64,000 nucleotides of DNA from Clostridia bacterium. Its GTDB lineage: Bacteria > Bacillota > Clostridia > Christensenellales > CAG-138. Every line of letters starts with the position of its first letter. Position 1 is the first letter of the stretch. The notes below the pieces were generated by a model. That model was given only the letters and a program-made list of their open reading frames with translations. It was not told the origin of the DNA and did no database searches. Below are positions 57,320 through 64,000 of the stretch, in pieces. The position numbers were made by a program, and so were the translations under genes. Location: assembly GCA_017428025.1 (NCBI GenBank), contig JAFRRO010000065.1:2621-66620 (forward strand), written 5' to 3'.

Positions 57320-57436
57320 TAACGAATACTTATTATTAACGGATACTATTATAGTAACGATACCTTAATACCGTATCCGTTATAACGTTACCTGTTATCC
57401 GTTACCGAAAAAGAAACAATTACCGTATCCGTTATA
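57320..57436. promoter_or_regulatory. array of six to seven GTATCCGTTA/TAACGGATAC motifs in an AT-rich spacer
   Basis: TAACGAATAC at 57320, TAACGGATAC at 57337, TAACGATACC at 57355 (one base shorter). The opposite orientation has GTATCCGTTA at 57373, TTATCCGTTA at 57395 and GTATCCGTTA at 57425. The 16-mer TACCGTATCCGTTATA is repeated at 57369 and 57421. Confidence 0.7.
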
Positions 57437-57580
57437 CCGAACCGTTCTTTTACATCTTTTTTCTACCGGAAAACGCAGATTTTACAACTTGGCAACAACT
57501 CTGTTACAACTTAGACGCGTTTTGGACGAATCTCGATGCTACGATACCTCTGAAAAAACAGAATTCAGGAGGAGATTCCG

Positions 57581-59077
57581 ATGAAACGCATGTTTTGCAT
57601 GATCCTGCTTGTCCTGCTGCTCGCCTGCGTCCCAACGCCGGAGGAGGATGTTGTCCCGCAGAAGGATACGGTCGCGATGCTTGAAATGGCGAAGAGCACG
57701 CCGCTGCCGGACGAATCCACCGTCGGCGTCGATCAGACGTCCGGCGAAGGACAGCCGGTTCCCCTGCCGTTGATCCGCGAGCGGTACGCGATCCCCGAGA
57801 CGTACCGGACCTCCGCCGAGCTTGCAGAGGGACACTTTATTCTGAACGTCGACGCCGAGGTGCTGGTGCCGGACGTTTCCGCGATCCCGATTGTACGCAT
57901 CGAGCGGGACAATTTCGATCCGGCATTCATTCGCGCCCTGTTTCAAAACCTCTGCGGCGATGCGGAGCTCTATTATCTGAACCGTACCTACACAAAAACG
58001 CAGATTGCCGACCGCATCAAATACCTTTCGGAGAAGATTTCGGACGAGCAGGCGTATATCAAAGAATACGGCGAAGAACACCTTGCTTACACCAAGTCCG
58101 AGATTGAACAGTTGAAAGCAAACTATGCCGACGCGCCGGATTCCGTCGAGGACGTCCGCTGTTACGGCGAGCTATGCCCGATGGCGGACAACTATCTCAC
58201 AAGCGACGGGAACAAACCGGTCTCCCGTGAAACCACCGTTATGGGCATCACGGCATATACGAAGACGATGGACCGGCATTTTATTGTGAAGAACGCCGAG
58301 CCGGATTCCCCTGCGGGCAAACGCACCTTTGGCACGTATCTCATGTACGGCACAAACAAGTCGTATCCGGATCGTGTGTTTTATTTCCGCGTACCGAAGG
58401 GTTTTCGGAACGACGCTTATGCGCCGGAGAAGGCGGAAGCCGACGTTAACGCGATCCTAATGCAAAACGGTCTTGAGGATTTTGCGGTTTCGATGATCCT
58501 GTATGCGCCGCAGCAGGTCGAGGAACATCCGGACGATCCGGTCTACTGGGTGCATTGTGTGCGCACCGTCCGTTCCGTCAAAACGGCGTTCAACACGGAT
58601 ATGACTGCGGATCCGGAGGACATGTTCGGTCCGGCATGGGGATATGAAAACATGTCGTTTTGGATGACGCGCGACGGCATTGTGAATTTCGAATGGCATG
58701 CACCGGTCAAGGTCTGCGATACGGTCGTGGAGAACGCAACGCTGCTGCCGTTTGAAAAGATTATGGAGCGATATCTTTGGATCGTCAACACGAAGTACGC
58801 CGCCAACATGAATCTCAAAAATCCCGATCTCAAGTACGGCGCAACGACCAAAAACCGGTACGACATCGACCGCATCGAGCTGACGCTGCAGCGCATTCAA
58901 GAGCCGAACGAATGGGACAGCGCGCTGCTCGTGCCGGTGTGGAACTTCTACGGCGTCAACACACGCACCGAGGTCGAGGACTACAAGGAATATGAGATTG
59001 TCGAATATTGCTGCAATTCCATGATCTCGATCAACGCCATCGACGGCAGCATCATCGATCCCTGGAAAGGCTACTGA
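57581..59077 (+). CDS. lipoprotein of unknown function, paralog 1
   Basis: MKRMFCMILLVLLLACVPTPEED lipobox. It shares N-terminal and C-terminal blocks with the next gene, including a PepSY-like end ISINAIDGSIIDP. Confidence 0.75.
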   Translation: MKRMFCMILLVLLLACVPTPEEDVVPQKDTVAMLEMAKSTPLPDESTVGVDQTSGEGQPVPLPLIRERYAIPETYRTSAELAEGHFILNVDAEVLVPDVSAIPIVRIERDNFDPAFIRALFQNLCGDAELYYLNRTYTKTQIADRIKYLSEKISDEQAYIKEYGEEHLAYTKSEIEQLKANYADAPDSVEDVRCYGELCPMADNYLTSDGNKPVSRETTVMGITAYTKTMDRHFIVKNAEPDSPAGKRTFGTYLMYGTNKSYPDRVFYFRVPKGFRNDAYAPEKAEADVNAILMQNGLEDFAVSMILYAPQQVEEHPDDPVYWVHCVRTVRSVKTAFNTDMTADPEDMFGPAWGYENMSFWMTRDGIVNFEWHAPVKVCDTVVENATLLPFEKIMERYLWIVNTKYAANMNLKNPDLKYGATTKNRYDIDRIELTLQRIQEPNEWDSALLVPVWNFYGVNTRTEVEDYKEYEIVEYCCNSMISINAIDGSIIDPWKGY

Positions 59078-59119
59078 CGCGGCGCCGCTTCCTTGTAAAT
59101 TCTTTTCGCAACAATTTGA

Positions 59120-59163
59120 CCTCCCGTGTCGTCTAATAGACAGATGACGAAGGGAGGTTTTTT
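59120..59163 (+). terminator. hairpin/terminator whose 3' arm contains the RBS of the next gene
   Basis: CCTCCC..TCGTC...GACGA.GGGAGG followed by TTTTTT. GGGAGG is also the only Shine-Dalgarno sequence for ATG 59166. Confidence 0.55.
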
Positions 59164-59165
59164 GT

Positions 59166-60524
59166 ATGAAACGTTTGATTGCTTTGCTGCTCCTCTGTCT
59201 GTTCGTCGCCTGTGTGCCGACGCCGGACGGGGATTTTGTCGTGAACAAGGCGGACGGTACGCTGGAGGAGATCATCCATGCGCCGTCCGAATCCGCCGAT
59301 CCGCAGACCTGGACCATCGAGCCGTCCGCCTCGCCCGCAAACGAACCGCTGCCGACGGACCTCCCGATGCAGACGATCGCGTGGACGGACAGCTTTTCGG
59401 TCGCGGCGGCAATGGACCGGCTGGATGTGACCGTCGACGCGTCCGTGCAGGTCCCCGAAAGCGAAACCGCGCCGGTGTACCGCTTTACCTTTGCCCCGCC
59501 CGATTCTGCGCGCGCGTCCGCGCTGGTGTCGCTGTTTTTCGGCGACAGCCGTGTATTCCTTGCGGACCGCACCAAGACGAAGTCGTTTTACAAGGCGGAG
59601 ATGGAGCGCATCGTTTCCGAGAAGGAGCGTGAAACCGACGAGCGTAACCGCGAGGAATGGGACCGTTTACTTCAGCAGGCGTCGCAGGCGTACGCCGACG
59701 CGCCGGAGGACGTCTCCCCCGTTTCGTGGGACGGCGGCTTTGAGGGCGCATTCGATCTCATGGCGGAGAACGGCGACGGCACCTATCGCTATCTTTCGGC
59801 AAACGAGCGCAGCATCCTGTACACCGACGCGGTCGAGACGCCGAACACCGTGCCCGGACGCAATCCGAAGCTCGCCCCCGAAACGCAGGAGGAGCGCGAC
59901 GCCTGCGATCTTGCGGTGCGCGTGCTCGAAGCGCTGCACATCGACGCGGAGCTTGCCGCGCTGTATCCGACGGACGCCATGGTTCGCGCGTTCGGCACCC
60001 GCGCGGTCGACGGGTATTATCTGTATTTCTACCCGAAATACGGCGGTCTGCCCGCCACGCTCGACGCAAGCTCGCACACCTTTCACGGCTTCGACAACGC
60101 GAAGGAGGCGGCGGGCGGCAGCGACAGCGACGACTATTCGGCGCCCTTTGAACCGGAAACGATCGAGTTTCTGATCTCGAACGGCGCGATCGTGCGCTTC
60201 CGGTACATGCGTCCGTCGCGCATTCTGCGCACGGAGAACGAGGCGGCGCAGCTGCTGCCGTTTTCCCGGATACAGGAGCTGTTTGGAAGCTATATCGGCA
60301 AGACCACCTTTGTCCAGAAGGGCGAGCCGCTGACGCTGCATGTGCACACCGTGCGGCTCACGATGCAGCGCTGTCCGATCGAGAACAACGCGGCGGAATT
60401 CTATCTTCTGCCCGCGTGGGAGTTCCTCGCGTCGGTGGATTCCGGAAACGCGTCGGCGGACGCAAGTCTGAAAAACGTCGTTGTGCTGCGCATCAACGCG
60501 CTTGACGGCAGCATCATGCGCTGA
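59166..60524 (+). CDS. lipoprotein of unknown function, paralog 2
   Basis: MKRLIALLLLCLFVACVPTPDGD lipobox. C-terminal block VVLRINALDGSIMR. Confidence 0.75.
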   Translation: MKRLIALLLLCLFVACVPTPDGDFVVNKADGTLEEIIHAPSESADPQTWTIEPSASPANEPLPTDLPMQTIAWTDSFSVAAAMDRLDVTVDASVQVPESETAPVYRFTFAPPDSARASALVSLFFGDSRVFLADRTKTKSFYKAEMERIVSEKERETDERNREEWDRLLQQASQAYADAPEDVSPVSWDGGFEGAFDLMAENGDGTYRYLSANERSILYTDAVETPNTVPGRNPKLAPETQEERDACDLAVRVLEALHIDAELAALYPTDAMVRAFGTRAVDGYYLYFYPKYGGLPATLDASSHTFHGFDNAKEAAGGSDSDDYSAPFEPETIEFLISNGAIVRFRYMRPSRILRTENEAAQLLPFSRIQELFGSYIGKTTFVQKGEPLTLHVHTVRLTMQRCPIENNAAEFYLLPAWEFLASVDSGNASADASLKNVVVLRINALDGSIMR

Positions 60525-60549
60525 ATGACCGGTTTTTACGGAATATCGT

Positions 60550-60577
60550 TTGACTTTCCTGCGGTTCATGCTATAAT
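60550..60577 (+). promoter_or_regulatory. sigma-70-type promoter with extended -10
   Basis: TTGACT, 16-nt spacer ending in TGC, TATAAT. Confidence 0.55.
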
Positions 60578-60606
60578 CGTAACAGAGAAACCGAAAGGAG
60601 AATTCT

Positions 60607-61887
60607 ATGATCCCGTATTCTCAGTTGGACAAAGCCGCTCTCGAAGCGGAGCTCAAAACCGTCACCGAAGCCTATGAAGCGCTGAAAGCCAAGGGGCTCA
60701 AGCTCGATATGTCGCGCGGCAAGCCCGGCAAGACGCAGCTCGATCTTTCGAACGACATGCTGAAGGTCCTTCCGGACCGCGAGGACTGCCTCGACGGCAC
60801 GCTCGACGTCTGCAACTACGGCAATCTCTGCGGCATTCCGTCCGCAAGAAAGCTCTTTGCCGAGCTTCTGGACGTCAGGCCCGAGCAAGTCATCGTCGGC
60901 GGCAGCGCGTCTTTGCAGCTCATGTACAACCTGATCGCGACGGCGTTTTCGCACGGGCTTCTGCACAGCCCCGAACCGTGGTCCAAGCGCGGCAAGGTGC
61001 GCTTCCTCTGCCCCTCGCCCGGCTACGACCGGCATTTCCGCGTCACGGAGTTCTTCGGCTTTGAGCTCATTCCGGTCGCAATGACCGCCGAAGGTCCCGA
61101 CATGGACGCGGTGCTGCAGTGGATCAAGGATCCCTCCGTGCTCGGCATCTGGTGCGTCCCGAAGTATTCGAACCCGGACGGCATCATCTATTCGGACCGC
61201 GTGATCCGCGCGCTCGCTTCGATGAAGCCCGCCGCGCCCGACTTTGCGCTGATGTGGGACAACGCGTACTGCATCCACGAGTTCGACGGCGATTACGTGC
61301 CCTTCCCCGACATCCTCAAGCTCTGCGCCGAATACGGCAACGCGGACATGGTCTACGAGTTCGCGTCCACCTCGAAGGTCACCTTCCCCGGCGCGGGCAT
61401 TTCGTGCATGTGCGCAAGCGAAGCGAACATCGCGTATTTCCAGAAGACGCTCGGCGTGCAGATCATCAGCTTCGACAAGGTCAATCAGCTGCGCCACGTG
61501 CGGTTTTTGAAGGACAAGGAGACGACGCTTGCGCTGATGAAGCGCCACGCCGCGATCCTGAAACCGCGCTTTGACGCCGTCTGCGACGCGCTGGAGCGCG
61601 AGATCGTCCCGCGCGGCATCGGCACGTTCAACCGTCCGAAGGGCGGCTACTTCATCAGCCTGTACGCGATGCCGCACACCGCGAAGCGCGCGCTGCAGCT
61701 TGTGAAGGAAGCGGGCGTGACGATGACGCCCGCCGGCGCGACCTATCCGTACGGGCAGGATCCGTTCGACAGCAACATCCGCATTGCGCCCACCCTGCCG
61801 CCGGTCGAGGAGCTCAACGCCGCGCTCGAGGTGCTCTGTATGTGCCTCCGGCTCGCCGCACTCGAACAGCTGCTGAAAAACGCGTAA
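60607..61887 (+). CDS. PLP-dependent aminotransferase (class I/II fold, aspartate-aminotransferase-like)
   Basis: 426 aa with blocks LDMSRGKPGKTQLDLS and PKYSNPDG, and STSKVTFPGAGIS as the candidate PLP-lysine region. Confidence 0.8.
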   Translation: MIPYSQLDKAALEAELKTVTEAYEALKAKGLKLDMSRGKPGKTQLDLSNDMLKVLPDREDCLDGTLDVCNYGNLCGIPSARKLFAELLDVRPEQVIVGGSASLQLMYNLIATAFSHGLLHSPEPWSKRGKVRFLCPSPGYDRHFRVTEFFGFELIPVAMTAEGPDMDAVLQWIKDPSVLGIWCVPKYSNPDGIIYSDRVIRALASMKPAAPDFALMWDNAYCIHEFDGDYVPFPDILKLCAEYGNADMVYEFASTSKVTFPGAGISCMCASEANIAYFQKTLGVQIISFDKVNQLRHVRFLKDKETTLALMKRHAAILKPRFDAVCDALEREIVPRGIGTFNRPKGGYFISLYAMPHTAKRALQLVKEAGVTMTPAGATYPYGQDPFDSNIRIAPTLPPVEELNAALEVLCMCLRLAALEQLLKNA

Positions 61888-61893
61888 AATCCT

Positions 61894-61922
61894 TTGACAT
61901 CCATTCGCTGCGGCGGTATAAT
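61894..61922 (+). promoter_or_regulatory. consensus sigma-70-type promoter
   Basis: TTGACA, 17-nt spacer, TATAAT. Confidence 0.65.
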
Positions 61923-61954
61923 AAAATATATAAAATTCACGGAGGGCGCATGAT

Positions 61955-62533
61955 ATGGAATTGAAGGATCAGATTCTGCAGACGAAGGAACGCAAAAAAG
62001 GCTTCCTCAAAGCGATGCCCGAGGATACGCGCAAGCAGATCAACATCTATACCAAGCTGGATAAGATCGCAAAGAATTTCTGGATCATCATCGTCGCGGC
62101 GCTGATCATCTCTGGCGTCGTCTATCTGGTGGCGTGCTTCGGCGCGACGGAAAGCAACAAATTCGTCCTGCACGGCATTCTGGCGGGACTCTGGGTGATC
62201 GCGGGCGTCGCGCTCGCGTTCTGGATCCGTTCGCTCGCCCTGAAGGGCAAGAAGGCCGTCGGTCTCGGCGCGCCGGATTATGTCGAGGAGCTGAACGCGA
62301 TCAATGCGCGCCTGTCCGGTCTGGAACGCGCCGAAAAGCAGCGTCTTGCCGCGGAAAAGGAAGAAGCGAAGGCAAAGGCGCGCGCGGAAGCCGCGCAGCG
62401 CAAGGCGGACGAAGCCGCACAGCGGCAGGCGGCAGCCGTCGAGGCAACCAACCCGCAGCCCGCGCCGCAGCCGGTTCCGCAGCCCGCGCCCGCAAACCTT
62501 GCGGCGGACACCGAACCGCACGAGCTTCCGTAA
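61955..62533 (+). CDS. membrane protein with charged coiled-coil and PQ-rich tail, unknown function
   Basis: 192 aa. GGAGGG lies 8 nt upstream. Two TM segments, then EKQRLAAEKEEAKAKARAEAAQRKADEAAQRQ and PQPAPQPVPQPAP. Confidence 0.65.
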   Translation: MELKDQILQTKERKKGFLKAMPEDTRKQINIYTKLDKIAKNFWIIIVAALIISGVVYLVACFGATESNKFVLHGILAGLWVIAGVALAFWIRSLALKGKKAVGLGAPDYVEELNAINARLSGLERAEKQRLAAEKEEAKAKARAEAAQRKADEAAQRQAAAVEATNPQPAPQPVPQPAPANLAADTEPHELP

Positions 62534-62545
62534 CAACAGCATAGC

Positions 62546-62574
62546 AAAAGAGCTGCCGTCGGCAGCTCTTTTTG
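62546..62574. terminator. bidirectional terminator between convergent genes
   Basis: AAAAGAGCTGCC-gtc-GGCAGCTCTTTTT. Confidence 0.85.
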
Positions 62575-62585
62575 ATGTCCGGTCG

Positions 62586-63689
62586 TCAGGCGAGCGTCAT
62601 GGTCTTGCTGATCATGTGCCCCTGATAGGTCTCGTCCCCCGTCACCTCTTTGATGACGTGAATCTCCGGCGGCAGGTCCGGCTCCTCGTCCTTGTCCTTG
62701 AGCTGAACGTCGAGGATCGCGCGGTCCGCGGAGATCGGGTAGGTGTCGATCGTGAAGTACCGCTCGTTGTAGCGGAAGCAGTACCGACGCTTGCTGATCG
62801 AGCCGTAGGCCGGATCGACCTCCTCGGTCAGGCGGATGTACTCCTTCTGCGAGAGCAGACGCTCGTTCTCGATGCGCTCGATCGGCGAAATCGGGCGCTT
62901 TTCGGTGTAGAAATAGGAAATCGCGTTGTCGGAGACGACCTTGCGCGCGCGCCGCTCCGTGCCCTTGTTGCGCTCCTTGAGGTAGGTCTGCGTGATGTTC
63001 TGCTCCACCGGCTCGTACGCCGCGAGCGCGCTTTCGTCCGTGAACTCGATAAGGAACTTCCGCTCGCACTGCGCGGGCGGGATCTCGCCGAGGATCGTGT
63101 AGACCTCGTTCATCGCCTTGCGGATCTTGTTCTCGAAGTTGTAGGAATTGCCGATCACCACGCGGTGCTTGTGGTTGCGCCAGCACAGCAGCGTGGCGTC
63201 CTCCTTCTCGCGCGCCTGTTCGAGCGTTTCGTAGCGCGCCGCGTTGTCATAGTTATAGGCAAACTCCGCGCCTTTGGACGAGGACACGAGATGGATGACC
63301 GCATCGTAGGATTTCAAAACCTGCTGCTCGGTGATATCGAAGCGCGCAAGCACCTGATTGAACTCCTTCTGCGAAACGTACGCTTTGTCGTCGAGCACGC
63401 CGCGGTCACAGATGATGAGAATCTTCTCCTCCGGCACAAGCTCCGCCGCTTCCAGAGCAAGACGTTCCTTGTGCAGCTGCGAGGACACGACAAAGTATTG
63501 AAAATCGAACATGGAAAGGCAGTTGCCGAACGGCTTGATGCCGAATCCGGAGATCAGTTCCGTCGCCGCCTCCGGCACGATGAACACGCGATAGCCGATG
63601 CTCGAAAGCTCCTTGACAAGCCGCGAGGTCAATGTGGTTTTGCCGCCCGCGGGACCGCCCGTCAGAACGATTTTTGTGATGGTTTTCAT
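62586..63689 (-). CDS. P-loop NTPase/kinase-like (NadR/AAA_28-like) domain fused to a CYTH (triphosphate tunnel) domain
   Basis: Start at ATG 63689 (MKTITKIVLTGGPAGGKTTL) after GAAAGGAAA. Walker-B-like block ILIICDRG. The C-terminal half carries QCERKFLIE (CYTH ExExK position), TERRARKV and KRRYCFRYNERYFTIDTY. Confidence 0.7.
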   Translation of the reverse strand: MKTITKIVLTGGPAGGKTTLTSRLVKELSSIGYRVFIVPEAATELISGFGIKPFGNCLSMFDFQYFVVSSQLHKERLALEAAELVPEEKILIICDRGVLDDKAYVSQKEFNQVLARFDITEQQVLKSYDAVIHLVSSSKGAEFAYNYDNAARYETLEQAREKEDATLLCWRNHKHRVVIGNSYNFENKIRKAMNEVYTILGEIPPAQCERKFLIEFTDESALAAYEPVEQNITQTYLKERNKGTERRARKVVSDNAISYFYTEKRPISPIERIENERLLSQKEYIRLTEEVDPAYGSISKRRYCFRYNERYFTIDTYPISADRAILDVQLKDKDEEPDLPPEIHVIKEVTGDETYQGHMISKTMTLA

Positions 63690-64000
63690 GGCCGTTTCCT
63701 TTCGCTTGATCACTCGGACAAAGCACCTTTGCCCGTGTACAGTATAGCACATGAAAGACCGGATTTCCACCCTTTTTGCGCGACTTCCCGTTTCTTTTCG
63801 TCCCTGCGCGCCGGTTCGGACGCGCAAATCCATATTTGGGGGATCGTTCGTTCTCTTTTCCCCTATCTTGTGGTTTACCGTTCATTTTCGTTCACAGTTG
63901 CGTCACGTCCAATTCATTTTTTCTTCATATTTTTGGTTCCGGTACTTGCTATTTGACATGCAATCCTTTATAATGGTTGTGTATGAAACTGCGGAAATAT

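Noticed and set aside
56762-57339. Track ORFs 56762-57064 (-) and 57112-57339 (+) in the long intergenic region
   Set aside because: They run through the direct repeat, the palindromic element and the terminator hairpins. They have no RBS, and their composition changes along their length as expected for non-coding mosaic DNA.
61950-61964. ATG at 61950 just upstream of the annotated start of the 192-aa membrane protein
   Set aside because: It opens only a 4-codon frame (MIWN-stop). ATG 61955 gives the long ORF at better spacing from GGAGGG.
63776-64000. 65-aa ORF 63776-63973, and a possible new gene starting at ATG 63983 behind TTGCTA-17 nt-TATAAT (63946-63974)
   Set aside because: The 65-aa ORF is low-complexity (Phe/Ser/Pro) and lies in the promoter region of the AAA-CYTH gene. 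The promoter-like sequence is decent, but only 18 nt of downstream ORF are inside the window, so no gene can be supported.

Overview
GC-rich chromosomal segment with Firmicutes/Clostridia gene order; I guess an Oscillospiraceae/Ruminococcaceae-like anaerobe, but taxonomy cannot be proven from the sequence alone. About 57 protein genes and one tRNA-Val are supportable. Everything was read by eye from the sequence and the ORF track, with no searches or computations. Family names therefore rest on recognisable motifs, and coordinates of short non-coding elements may be off by 1-2 nt.

Most of the window is housekeeping in well-known conserved blocks:
- GT4 glycosyltransferase plus acyltransferase
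- galM-galK-MFS transporter
- hup / mazG(yabN)-like / MurJ-SpoVB-type flippase
- pcrA-ligA
- yicC-like-remA-gmk-rpoZ-priA, then def-fmt-rsmB-rlmN-stp-prkC-rsgA-rpe
- murC (frameshifted as assembled)
- HIT-mtaB-rsmE-prmA
- ftsA-ftsZ
- comEC-like, cobB, CPA2 antiporter, Mrp/ApbC

No integrase, transposase, CRISPR array, rRNA or recognisable phage gene is present. Many long ORFs in the track are antisense artefacts of the high GC content and were rejected.

Parts worth a second look:
1. A secreted papain-like (C1) cysteine peptidase sits at the left edge and is missing from the ORF track because it is open-ended. Next to it is a lipoprotein built from four stefin/cystatin-like repeats around a Pro/Thr linker. 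This is a candidate protease plus tethered multi-headed inhibitor pair and my best candidate for something undescribed.
2. An AT-rich two-gene islet (polytopic membrane protein plus small XRE regulator) is bracketed by 56-bp direct repeats that duplicate the 3' end of the upstream C_GCAxxG_C_C gene. It is followed by a REP-like palindrome, an orphan terminator and a dense array of GTATCCGTTA motifs.
3. Four CGGTTGART repeats in exact 32-bp register lie between a membrane-anchored XRE/LiaF-like regulator gene and the def promoter.
4. Two tandem pairs of paralogous lipoproteins are present. The S41-like pair shares a nearly identical 184-bp promoter plus signal-peptide module.
5. A NadR-like P-loop domain is fused to a CYTH domain.
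6. A composite repeat scar lies at the 3' end of rpe.
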